A DNA stretch of 11,398 nt from Zygophlyctis sp. KS116 (Eukaryota; Fungi; Chytridiomycota): positions 1-11,398 of the forward strand of contig BAAFSQ010000309.1 of the NCBI GenBank assembly GCA_054661495.1, written 5' to 3'. The translations under genes and the position numbers were made by a program. This document shows, one piece after another, positions 1-10,452 of this stretch. The stretch's first letter is position 1. Every line of letters begins with the position of its first letter. The notes beneath the pieces are model-generated. The model was not told where the DNA came from, did no database searches, and saw nothing but the letters and a program-made list of their open reading frames with translations.

Positions 1-1249
1 TACCTGAATGTTAAGAAATAAGTCACATACTTTTGTTTCATTTAAAAGATTTTTAATTAAGAATTCATCTGCATTCTTCTATTCCATTTAATATTTTATA
101 AATTACGAGGAATAATTAAATGCCTTTCTTTCTTTAAGTCTTGATACAGTCTCAAGTTCCGATAATACAATTGACGAAATGTGTCGATTTTCCTTATTTT
201 GAAAGTCTGAAAAAGCAGATATAAATTTAGAAAGTGACTACTGTTATAATTATAGAATTACTTGTATTTTCTGCGCATAATTTATGGGAAGTATAGATAT
301 ATACTTTGACAATTCACCAAATATTTTCAAAATACTTTGCTTTATAGATTCATCAGTACTTATTTCCACCAACGCCTTTCATGATTAGTTTTAAAAAAGA
401 AAATACATCTAATAAACCTGCCTCTAATAGCAAAATAACTTGCAGTGCTCTAAAATGAAAAATAAAAACAAGATTTGGCCTTTTAAAGTAAATTGAAGGA
501 TCAGCTTCATCCGGTAATGCAATTACCGAATAAAACGTCCCGATCAGTTGCTCTCTATAATTCTTTAATGGAACTTTTAAAGAGCTTATGACACTTTTAA
601 TGGTTTCCAAGTCCGAACCAAAGAGATATAACATTCCAGTCCAAGATTTCATCAAGTGATTTAAAACACGCAAACAAATGAGCAATTTTGGTTCATCATT
701 CTTACTATTTATATTGAAATCTGAAAAAAAAGATATAATCATTTCCAGCTCTACATTTGGTCTTACAAACTTTCTAGTTTCAGCAGAATCCAAGAGATAT
801 AATAAAGTTAATAGTAAACCATCCAAAAGTTCCTTTGGCCCTTCGACCAATGAAGAAAACAAGTACTTTATAACACCATTTTCAAATGCTTTTTGAGAAT
901 CTATAACAGCTGCTTCGCATAATATTTCATTTGCAACTAATCTTAATGGATCATTAGATGATTCTGCAATAGAAACTAAACAACGCAGACAAGAATTTGG
1001 AAATAAAGAATTCTGATTAGCCAAAAGTCCCTGTAATGTTTTTAGTGCTGCTTCTCTTGAATTTACGTCCGATCCTGTAAGTATACAAACAATGGGAATA
1101 TCAAACTTCAAACCCACAACTTGATCTTCATGTCCCAATGCTGCGTAGTGCCGGAGTGTTTTTAAAGACGCAACTTGACTATTTGGATCTTGTAATTCTC
1201 TTCTCAAGTCCGATTTAAGTAGATTTAAATGCGGTAATTCATGGCTCAT
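1..1249 (-). CDS. RICTOR: RICTOR/Avo3/Ste20-like TORC2 subunit, 5' part (RICTOR_N armadillo-like domain); spliced and continues off the left edge
   Basis: The translation carries RICTOR_N-type segments recognised from memory: LVSIAESSNDPLRLVANEILCE, LVEGPKELLDGLLLTLLYLLDSAETRKFVRPNVELE and LMKSWTGMLYL. Removing GT-AG introns 406-376 (31 nt) and 261-238 (24 nt) extends it as LLDALVEI...IFGELSKYISILPINYAQKIQSL. A further exon near 78-31 reads KNADEFLIKNLLNETK. The splice junction around 106-79 could not be phased cleanly. Confidence 0.88.
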
Positions 1250-1408
1250 TTTAATGGATTTTTAGGAAAAGATCAGGAGTCGGTGTGAGGCACTTTTCTT
1301 AATTTGTCTGCATTAGTCTTCTTATTACTATGTATCTATTTTCTTTGATCTGGCCATTTATATTATAGTATTATTCTCTATCGGAAGACTCTAGTTGTAG
1401 AGTGCATC
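1250..1408. promoter_or_regulatory. Compact divergent (probably bidirectional) promoter region between RICTOR and SPEF2
   Basis: Only 159 bp separate the two head-to-head ATGs (1249 on -, 1409 on +). No specific motif is called. Confidence 0.6.
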
Positions 1409-4400
1409 ATGAAAGAGTTGGAAATCTCCGGACAAATCGGAAGTTTAGAAATGTCTCATTTGTTGTCTCAATGGCTTCAGGAACTTGAAATAAAGAAAAT
1501 TGCTCCTGAAAAACTAGATTCAAGTTTCAAAAATGGATATTTATTTGGAGAATTAATGCTCAAGTTGAAATGTCTGGAAGACCTAGATGGCCTTAATGTC
1601 GGACATCATCAGGAAATCTGTTTACATAATTATTGTTGGATTGAAAAGAAATTAAGAGAAAATTTAGGACTCGTAATGACCGCTAATGACGCTTATGATC
1701 TGATACTAGGTAAATCTGGATCTGCAACAAAATGGTTGTATCAAATAAAGAGTGCGGTGTCAAGACTTCCTTCAAATAATGTTCCGCGCATAAAGTCAAT
1801 CGGACAAAAAGAAAAACAGTATATTTCTTACCCTTCAAGTCCGACAGGGGAGTATTATAATAATCCTGGACAGACTGATGAAATGCATAGACTGAAATTT
1901 CAAGAAAAGGAACATGAATTCTTTAAAGAACTTTTGATTGCTAAACTTTCAGCAAAGAAAAATATTGTACAAAAGTTTGATTTAAAAGATCAAAATATAG
2001 CTGAAAAGCCAAGTTCAGTTAAAGTTCAGTATAAAACATTGTCGAAAAAGTTGGCTGATAACTCTTTTGGAATTCAAGAGCAGAAAAAAGCACAAAAAGA
2101 GAGGGATGAATCTGCAAGAAAAATGGAGGAAATTCAACAAAATAAGATTTTAGAAAAGAGGAAAAAGGAAGAGATGCTTATCAAGGAGAAAAAAGCTAGA
2201 ATGGCTCAAATATTTTTAAATGATATTGACAATTTCGAAGCTAAAAGAGATCCGGATCATGATGAATATATGAAAATGGGAATTGATCGAGAAGATTCAA
2301 ATGCATCATTTGATTTTGAATCAAATGATGTTGATGAAAAAGATTTGAAGGATTACCTTTTAAAAGCAAGAAAAGATCCTCTCGAACATATCAAGACTCT
2401 GTCTAAAAAATTGCCAAATTTGAAATTAACTCAATTAGAGACAAACAAGTATGTAGAATCTATTAGGCATCAAAGAATCGAGGAAGATGCCTCTAAAAAG
2501 GATCGTGAATTAAGGAGAAGAAAATTAATTTTAAATCAGCAATTGGCCCAGGAAGAAATTCAAAAAAAGCAATTAGAGGAACTGATGGCCCAAAAACTAT
2601 GTCGTCATTCAAAACAGGAGCGCAGAATTGCAGAACAGTAATTAATAATTATTTACTAAGTAAAAGATTGCTACAAACTCGGCGCGAGAAGGAAATCATT
2701 CGAGATAATAGAATACTTCGAGAAAAGCAATATGCCGAGAGAAGACAGAAAGATTATGAAGAAGCCTTAGATAATGAATTTAGATTATTCGAAAGAGCAC
2801 GAGAGGAATACCAAAAGCAAACCGCTCTTCAGCTACAACAACATTTGGAAATCTTGAATAAAAAATCGCGGGAAAAGCACCAAAAAGCAATCAGAATGGT
2901 AAATCAGTTTGTCGACGAAATTATTGACTTGTCACTTAAAATAGCCGATTATCAAAAACTAAATGGATCAAAAGACCTTCCTCCTAAGATGTTAAGGCAG
3001 TGGAAATTACTTCTGTTGCATGAAAAACCACTGTATAAGCAGTTTGCAATTGGATATGAAGAATATCCACCATTGTGCAAAAAGCCAAATATTGATCCTG
3101 ATGTATTGTCTAGCGTTGACCTCTTGGATGAATCGGAGTTTACTGATTTTTTACTTGGAAAAAATGACTGGGCGTATTTGGGTGAAAATAAGTACTTTTA
3201 AACATGATATTCATAACATAGTGAACCCAATGAATTACAGCCAAATGCTCCTTTGATGCAGATTGTAGATGACGTGATGAAGATGTGCGCGATTCAGGAC
3301 AGCCGTCCGGATTGCTTAGATTTACCTATTTCAAAATTAAAATTAGCAATTGTAGGAAAACCATTTTCAGGAAAAAAATCTCTGGCCAAAATAATAGCTC
3401 AAACATATAATTTGAAAGTACTGGATATCAATGATATATGTAAATCTGCTTTAGCGTAATAATATTATATTAAAATTTTAGAGTCGCAAAACCAAATCCC
3501 GATAAAAAAATTATTTCGAAAGAAAACATAGGGGCGAGAATGAAAGAAGCTATGAAAGCTGGAAAGCTTCCAGAAGATTCATGGATAGTCTATTTAATAG
3601 GTTTGGCCATAAAAGATGTGGAAGAATCACAATCTGGATGGATTCTGGTGGATTTCCCTCGAAACGCTAACCAGGCATTGCTATTAGAGAAGGAACTGAC
3701 AGGGTACCTTTTTTCCCCTCACGCTTAGTTTTGTTGATACATTACCTACTCCAAAAGGGAATCTACAGAGAGACAATCCCAAACGCCAAGCATCTGCACT
3801 CTTACCAAAAGATCACGAGCCTACTCCTGAAGAGATCAATCCCACCAGCGGATTAGATGTTATACTTTGGCTAGAATTGCAGAACGAAATTGTACTTAAA
3901 AGAGCTCTGGGACAAATGGTGGATTCGAAAGATAATAAAACGTACCATTTGGATGATAATCCCCCTCCAATAGATGAACCGGTAATGTTCTCCCACGTTA
4001 AATGTTAGGGATTATATGACAGATTGTACTTGCCGGTAGATTCCGGAACTTCAAAGAAGCAGCTTCATTATCAATTAGCTTTTTTTGAAGATCAAGAACA
4101 ATCTATACGTGAATATGCTACTAGATTTAAAGTTTATTTTGTAAGATTATTTTTTCTTATCATTCTAGCCTCTCAATGGAGTTAAATCTTCTTCGTGGAT
4201 ATTTGGAAATGTCGAAAGAAAAATCACTGAATTGATTAGTGAAAAGGCCAAGGCTTTGATTAGTACTTTTTCATTTATTTACCATTAGGCCAAGAATCTG
4301 CAAATGATGAAGATACTGCCATTACTGCGGAACCAGTTGTTGAGCCATCGAATCTAATGACTCCTCCATCACCATCTCACGACCCAAACTTATCCATAAA

Positions 4401-6872
4401 AAAGAATTCTAACCATTTAAATAGGTCTATAAGCGTTGATGGAAGAAAGGCTCCTACTAATGAACTTGCAAAAATCTTATATAATGGTATAAAAATATAA
4501 AATAACTGGAAAGAATGGATTGCGATCGAAACTATTTATACTGAAAAAATGAAATTTCTTTTCCGGTCGATTCGAAAGGAGCAAGACTTAGCGATTCACT
4601 ATTTTCACGACATAAAATGTCATTTCAAAGAGTTTTTGGCCCGCCCTGATGCCAAACAAGACCTAATAGATTTGTTTCAAAGGGAATATAACAGCTTAGA
4701 GGAAGATTTTCGAAATGATCATGAAGTAAAATCTGAATTGCATCAAAGAGCTGATGACTTGCGGGAAAAGCTATGGATTGATTGTGACCAAAGGAAGGAA
4801 GGTGCTGAAACGGAACGTTTATCAATCATTGAAGATCAATGGATGGAAGACCATTCAATCATTATTCAAAATATATATATTTCAATGTTCCAAGCAGAGG
4901 CAGATCGTTTTATTGGAACGAAACAATTTTTGATTGATTATTATAGAGATGCATACGGCACAGTAAGAAATACTGTTTAATATGTAGACATTGAATGAAA
5001 GCACACTGGAATACGTCAAAATCAACTTACTTAATTCTTCTCACAAATCTGCAACAGAATTAAGCTCTATTTTAGTTGCTCACCATCAAGAGACATTGGT
5101 TAAAAAGGAACCCAGGTTGGGACGTTCCAACACTCCTGCAAATAAAAGTGATAAATCTAAACAGTCAGTGATGGTCATTAAACCACTCGTCGATTTATCA
5201 GTTTCTTTTACTCTGGCGGATAAACCCGCACCTAAAATTGATACAGAAAATATTTCACTGTTGGAACTGCAATCTGCATATGATTTAGCGTTAAGTGCGG
5301 TTATTGATCCGCCTGAACCCGAAATAAAAGAAACCAAAAAGGACAAAAAGAAGGGTTCTACCCCTGAAAATGATGTAAAACGTAAATTTATGGTTATTTA
5401 ATGTAAAGGCGAATTTGTAATGCCCCCTGAATTATCGGATTGTGTTCTTAAAGAGGCAGAGAGATTTAAGAGAAGATTAGAAACAATAAAAACCAAGGCT
5501 AAACAACATCTTACTGTAAGTTAATTTAGCTCATAATTTTAGAGCTTGATGAATAAAGGATTGAAGACATTAGTTCAAATGGATGAGTGGATCGGAGCAC
5601 GCTTTTTGGCGGAAATGGAGGCCATTCGGGAATTATTATTGGTAATAAAGGAAGCTATTGAAGCCGAGGCTCAGCTGGCGAATCATTTGGAGCTGAACGG
5701 TGATAAGTTTACGGTGAATTTTGAATTGCAAACATTGGCAGCAGTACCCACACCTAGAGCAGAAACTCCAACTGAAACTCCCGGTAAGACTAATTAATTA
5801 TGTTTAAATCTTCAGGATATGACTATTTTACATGTATCCAACTTCTTAATTTGGCTATTCAATTCAATGAACTTGCCCCCTCTGGATTGATTAAAATTAA
5901 AGATTTTGTCGACTCATTTATTCGCTACACCACATTTTCGGCTGGATTAAACTTGGTCCCAGAGATATTTTCCGGTTATGATTCTCAAGCACTACAGCAG
6001 GTACTTTTTAATTTGCCAATTAATTTTAGATGTGTAATGTGCTTGATCCATTTGAAACAGATTTCGTAAGCTGGAGGAAGTATTTGGCTATTCAAACCAA
6101 GATTTTTCCAATCCCATCAATCGCAACACTCATTAAATTGAAAGAAGCATTTTACAATTGCAAATCGTTTCAGGATGGAAAAGTAAGATATTTTTATAAC
6201 AATCTAGGTCAGTTTCGAAGACTACATGTCTATTCCATTATGGTTTGAGTCTGATTTAGACGATAATTCATTCAACACGAACAAGCGTTTTAATCGACCA
6301 AAAAAGATGAAGAGAACAATTTTCTGTACTTATTTAAATTCATTTAATGCTAGATATTTTTTCAGAGTCTGCAGAGAAAAATAATGAAAAAAAGAGCATA
6401 GGCGTTCCTTTAGTAAAAGACCATGATGATATAGATTCTACAAATGATCTATTTAATTTAGAATCATTTTTACTTCATTGCTGTCTTGATGAAGTTGGTA
6501 TTAAAGGGATCCAAAAAGCCTTTTATGTTATAAGCCAAGGTTCTAGTGGACACTGTTCAATTGATGAACTCTATAAGGTATAATACTATGATTTGATGTT
6601 AGATTTATCATTTTAATCTTCCATTATTGCCTGAAACTTATCGCATTTCACATGAAGAATCTATTAATGACCCATACACATATGTAAATTAAAATCTGTT
6701 TAATCTTTAGGAATTACTTACCCAGGTAGTCAGCACTTCTACTTCATTTGCGGCATCAAAAAAGATTGATTTCAAAGAATTTCACCATATTACAAAAGAC
6801 ATAACATCATTAAGCTCTTGTCCTCTTTATCTCCTGGACGATTTAAATTTTCTCAAGAATAAATCGATTTAA
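1409..6872 (+). CDS. SPEF2: Sperm flagellar protein 2 (SPEF2/KPL2/CPC1-like) axonemal central-pair protein; 18 exons, about 1666 aa (alternative start ATG at 1451)
   Basis: Domains in order: N-terminal CH-like domain (MSHLLSQWLQE...FKNGYLFGELM...ATKWLYQI); SPEF2 coiled coil (SKQERRIAEQLLQTRREKEIIRDNRILREKQYAERRQKDYEEALD); adenylate-kinase-like domain (IVGKPFSGKKS, GWILVDFPRNANQALLLEKELTG, KRALGQ...YHLDDNPPP); K.ELHQRADDLREKLW; C-terminal VSWRKYL and PLWFE...FNR. Introns: 2638-2666, 3192-3221, 3456-3481, 3704-3728, 3982-4008, 4141-4168, 4263-4288, 4487-4513, 4963-4987, 5382-5408, 5516-5542, 5784-5815, 6001-6029, 6183-6207, 6326-6353, 6578-6602, 6684-6710. Removing them gives one open frame of 5001 nt ending at TAA 6870-6872. 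Confidence 0.93.
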
Positions 6873-7100
6873 TGTTTCAAATTAATTTCTCCATTTTAAT
6901 CATTCTCTTAGATGAAGTTTTATTAAAAGTCAAAGGATTATATATCAAAATTAACGACATTGCATGCGCTAAAATAGATATCATAGTAATTACAACCTGT
7001 GATACATGTGTTTGGGCTTTAACGATTATAAAATTTTATAGATTGGAATTGGCGTTTTGAAGGCCATCATGGTTTGGTATTAAAAATCATCTCCAGAGTT

Positions 7101-7115
7101 AAAAAAAGGTAAAAA
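7101..7115 (-). terminator. RNA polymerase III oligo-T terminator for tRNA copy 1
   Basis: T5 (7115-7111) and T7 (7107-7101) runs on the - strand, 9-23 nt downstream of the tRNA 3' end. Confidence 0.75.
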
Positions 7116-7123
7116 TAATTGTA

Positions 7124-7195
7124 CTCTCAGTCGGGGAATTGAACCCCGGTCTTCCGCGTGACAGGCGGAGATACTAGCCACTATACTAACTAAGA
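7124..7195 (-). tRNA. tRNA-Asp (GTC), 72 nt, intronless, copy 1
   Basis: Reverse complement is TCTTAGTTAGTATAGTGGCTAGTATCTCCGCCTGTCACGCGGAAGACCGGGGTTCAATTCCCCGACTGAGAG. It has acceptor stem TCTTAGT/ACTGAGA, anticodon loop CTGTCAC, T-loop/B-box GGTTCAATTCC and discriminator G. Confidence 0.97.
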
Positions 7196-7230
7196 AGAAC
7201 CCTACAATTGTAATTTTGGAAAATCGCACC

Positions 7231-7238
7231 CTTTTATA
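7231..7238 (-). promoter_or_regulatory. TATA-like element upstream of tRNA copy 1
   Basis: TATAAAAG on the - strand, 36-43 nt upstream of the mature tRNA 5' end, which is about where TFIIIB binds. The AT-rich background weakens the call. Confidence 0.4.
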
Positions 7239-7339
7239 AACTAAAGATAACGATTCTTCAAGGTCAATATTGAATAAAATTAAGTTCAGACAAGAGTTCT
7301 CAATTCGATTCGACTGATTATTTTACTGAGATTTATTAA

Positions 7340-7447
7340 ACGGTTTGTCGGTTTATTGGAGATAATTAAAAAGTAGCAAGGCCGTGTGAAAGGCCTTTAG
7401 TTGGATGTTTTTCTCATATATTAAATCTCGCAGTTCAGAAATATGCT
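7340..7447 (+). pseudogene. hAT-like transposase fragment A, upstream part (catalytic GDN aspartate region and CxxH motif)
   Basis: The frame from 7340 reads TVCRFIGDN*KVARPCERPLVGCFSHILNLAVQKY. C-x-x-H-x-L-N-L-A-V is a hAT hallmark. It is not in the ORF track. Confidence 0.8.
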
Positions 7448-9975
7448 TTCAAATCAAATGGGCTCAGTGCATAGATGTTGGATTTGTACTGCCTTCCTGA
7501 TCTAATCTATCCTTCACAAAATTTGCATTCAGTATAAGATTCCTACATTCTGCGCTTTCTAAACATGCCAATCTAATCATAGCAGTTTTTGATGTATGCC
7601 ATGTTATTCCAAAAATGATTCGTAGAGCCATAAATTGGTTTCTCTGAATTGAGTCCAAACCAGCCTTGCTAATAATAGATGTCTGCTGTGCATATTCCAT
7701 AATAGGTCTTATGAATAGTTTATAACATTTGACTGTTTAAACCCAGTTTCATTAAGTGCTAATTACTCCTTTTGCTTTTTTTGTTGCTTCCGAAACTACT
7801 TTCTTCCAATCTGCTCCTTTCCTTGTAAACGGTATTCCAAGATATTTTGCCGACTCCACCTGAGGTAGCTGTCCTAAAAATAAATCTGTCTTCTCCCCTG
7901 CCACAACTAAACACTTTCCTGGTGCGAATTTGATTCCATAATTTGTTGACCAATGATTACATCCATCCAATAGTTTCTGCATCTGTTCCTTCTTAGTTCC
8001 ATGAAGATTTCCATCATCCGCAAAGAATAAACAACAAGATGGAAGATTTTGCTTTATCATATTGTGTAATTCTTCAATAAGTCCATCGATATAAAAGTTG
8101 AACATTATTGGTGACGATGATGATCCTTGTGGTTATACTCCTCTTAAATTCTTAATACCTTCCTCTGAGATTATGTCTTCTACTAATAAGTGACTTGTAT
8201 TAAAGTCAAACAGTGATCTTATTAACTTGATCGTTCCCAATGGTATATCATACTTGTTTCTGAGTCTTGTCCATAAAATGTTTCTGTCCACGCAATCATA
8301 TGCTGCTCTTAAGTCCAAAAAAATAGATATTGTTTGTCTTTTCTCTCTCTTATTAACTTCATAAATTTCTTGTAAGCAATATATTTGATCCACCGTCGAT
8401 CTTCCCTGTCTAAATCCAGCTTGATAGTCATGTAAATTTATTTTTGAATTCTGTGAGTCTGACATCCAAAATTATTTCAAAAATCCTTTTTGCCACAATA
8501 GTTAGTGAAATAGGTCTATAGTTAGGAATAACCTCTCTCCCTTATTTTTGTATATAAGACATACTAATGCTTGTTGTTAGCTCACTACTTTTAATCTTTT
8601 TCAGATGATGATTTATTTATAGAAATCCCTATTTATAATCCATGTCTAAATATATAATTCCTAAATGTAGATCTCCATGTAATTCACGATCACGATTGTT
8701 GAGTTCCCACTTCCAACAATGCTTTGTTCCCTGATTCTAATGTGTATGCTTTTCTCCCCATTTGGTTGAAAATGAGGTATAGTATCTCAATCATAATTTG
8801 TCCTGAAAATATAAATACTTCAGCCGATAAGTTATCCAGTCCTGATGCCTTTCCTCTGCCTATCGGATCGCCACTTCAATTTTTTCCATAGATATTTCTT
8901 CTGAATCGTTAAAGGTCCACTCTCCATCCCAATCTGTGCTCTCCAACACTCCTTTGTCGTAAAGTTCCCTATTGCCAGTAGCCCTTCCTCCAAAAGTCCT
9001 ATGAAAATACTCCTCGTACTGCTGCATCCGCTCTTTGATCAATGATGTATATTTCTTTTTGCCATAAAAATTAAGCATCTTAACATATTTGAAAAATTCA
9101 TTCCTATCTAACCCTCTTTTCGCCTTTTCCAATTTTCTCGATATCTCTTAAAGATTTCTCTGTCTGTTTGGTTTTGATCCCTATTGTTGACGTAGTCGTC
9201 TATTTCCTGTGATTGATTTCTGAGTTCTGGTGTCCACCATAAGTTCTGATTCCAACCTTTTTGTTGTTGATATCCACATGAGCCAAGAAGTGCCTGATTC
9301 AACCATTTTTCAATTTTCTTCCAATTCCTGTTTATTGAGTTCTTGCTGTCCTCTAATTCTAATTCTGGTTTATTATCTTGAAGTAATTTTTGATACTCTA
9401 TAACACAATCTCCATCCTTAATGAATTTCATAATGTTACATTTCTTTCTCTATGTGTTTGAATGATTAAAATTCAAGATTAACTTCCCAAGTCATAGGTC
9501 TGTGGTCTGATCCTCCTAAACTTTGTTCTTCGTGAATTATAAGATTTGAAACAATATCTTAATCACTGACGAATTTTAAATCTGTAACTCCTTCCCCTAA
9601 ATGATTCTTGGTTGTGTATCTTCCTAGATCCGTTTCCGATGAACCAACGCATGTTCTTGTATAAAGGATACTAATTCAGATCCTCTGGGATTATTGTCAT
9701 GATCTCCGAATATCGTATGTCTGCTATAAAAGTCCCCAATAACTATTGTCTTTCTTGTCCAACTTCCAGATGACATTTGAAGTGCATCATAAAATTCAGT
9801 GTAACTCTTTCTGAAATTTACCGAAGGTGGAAAGTAACCAACACCATATATGTCAGTGCCAATTTGCAAAACTGTCCACCAATTTACCTTCAAATTTATT
9901 ATCTGTTTTGTTTTAACTTTAAGGGGTTGTCTAGATATAACCAGTATTCCCCCAATCTTTGCTCCTCTTGAAGGA
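7448..9975 (-). mobile_element. Degenerate non-LTR retrotransposon (LINE, APE endonuclease plus RT), truncated at both ends, with many stops and frameshifts
   Basis: Motifs in order on the - strand: APE motifs GGILVI, YFPPS, IVIGDFYSRH, GGSDHRP; linker WWTPEL; RT motifs GKASGLDNLSAE, NYRPISLT, QAGFRQGRSTVDQI, FLDLRAAYDCVDR, RGV-PQGSSSSPIMFNFYID, FFADD, KC, YLGIPF, FIRPIMEYA. Both boundaries are approximate (about +/-15 bp). Confidence 0.93.
8572..8718 (-). mobile_element. 147-bp solo LTR inserted in the LINE RT region
   Basis: Termini are TGTTG...CAACA, flanked by the 5-bp duplication ATGCT (8567-8571 and 8719-8723). Removing it restores the RT frame NKALVCLIYKNKG. The - strand has TATAAATA (8637-8630) followed by AATAAA (8617-8612). 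Confidence 0.88.
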
Positions 9976-9981
9976 AATAGG

Positions 9982-10452
9982 TTTCTTAATGATTGCGAAA
10001 TTGTTGATGTTAAAGAATTGACAGAAGATTTATCGGGTCTCCACTCAGTAATGCTGAAGCTTCAAGCGGAGAATCTGAAATTGTGTGCCACTCGAAGATA
10101 TTTTGATGTTTTACTAGATTCATTTCCTCAGTTTGGACAATACTTAACAGTAGATTCTTCTATTATTCATAAACCGGAATTTACTAATGTGGTGTTTAAA
10201 TTTCAATCTAGACAGGAAATGCATCTAAATGCTGAGGAAATAAAACGTGTACAGTTTCTTCTTAAATAAGTTGCACATGACAGACGTAGTTCAGTTGCAA
10301 GCTCTGCCTCATCTGGGTCATTAAGTGAACGGTTGGCTGCTGCTGATAATGAGATGGAAAATGATACTCATGTGTCTTTTTATATCAACTTGGATTTCAT
10401 CGTTCCAACGTCTTATTGTGTAGAACGACTATTTTCTCAGGCTAAAAATGTG
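9982..10452 (+). pseudogene. hAT-like transposase fragment A, downstream part
   Basis: One frame with a single internal stop (10267-10269): FLNDCE...LHSVMLKLQAENL...RRYFDVLLDSFPQ...IIHKPEFTNVVFKFQ...YINLDFIVPTSYCVERLFSQAK. PTS..VERLFS is the hAT catalytic-E/dimerisation motif. Confidence 0.8.

Larger units (their letters stand above)
7002..7198 (+). repeat. 197-bp direct repeat, copy 1 (tRNA-Asp plus 122 bp of 3' flank)
   Basis: Identical by eye to 10665-10861 (offset 3663). It extends to 7203/10866 with one mismatch. Confidence 0.95.

Noticed and set aside
678-896. Antisense ORFs (also 4625-4825, 5086-5346 and 9777-9971) and alternate-frame ORFs (3020-3256, 7759-7953)
   Set aside because: They are shadows of real genes or TE frames and show no recognisable motifs.
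1370-1403. RFX X-box or the short inverted repeat ACTCTA-GTTG-TAGAGT upstream of SPEF2
   Set aside because: There is no convincing match to the X-box consensus, and a 6-bp stem is expected by chance.
1409-6872. The many + strand ORFs as separate genes, a pseudogene or an alternative genetic code
   Set aside because: Tiny GT-AG introns join them into a single stop-free frame under the standard code.
6872-7060. 62-aa hydrophobic ORF after SPEF2
   Set aside because: It lies in AT-rich 3' UTR/intergenic sequence, runs into the duplicated tRNA flank and shows no homology cues.
7002-7198. Repeat unit as a tRNA-derived SINE or as a LINE target-site duplication
   Set aside because: The tRNA is intact with immediate oligo-T terminators, and there is no A-tail or TSD. 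The repeats do not abut the LINE ends and are too long for a TSD.
7378-7397. Hairpin AAGGCC-N8-GGCCTT as a terminator or Helitron end
   Set aside because: It lies within hAT coding remnants (ARPCERPL), the context is eukaryotic, and there is no properly spaced CTRR end.
7448-9975. RT as a retron, DGR, group II intron or telomerase; LINE as a Dictyostelium TRE-like tRNA-targeted element
   Set aside because: The APE domain plus LINE-type RT motifs identify a non-LTR retrotransposon. Its ends are truncated, it sits inside a hAT about 250 bp from the tRNA, and no targeting can be inferred.
9850-10269. 139-aa ORF as a real gene
   Set aside because: It is chimeric: the first ~44 codons are antisense LINE endonuclease sequence and the rest is the hAT remnant.
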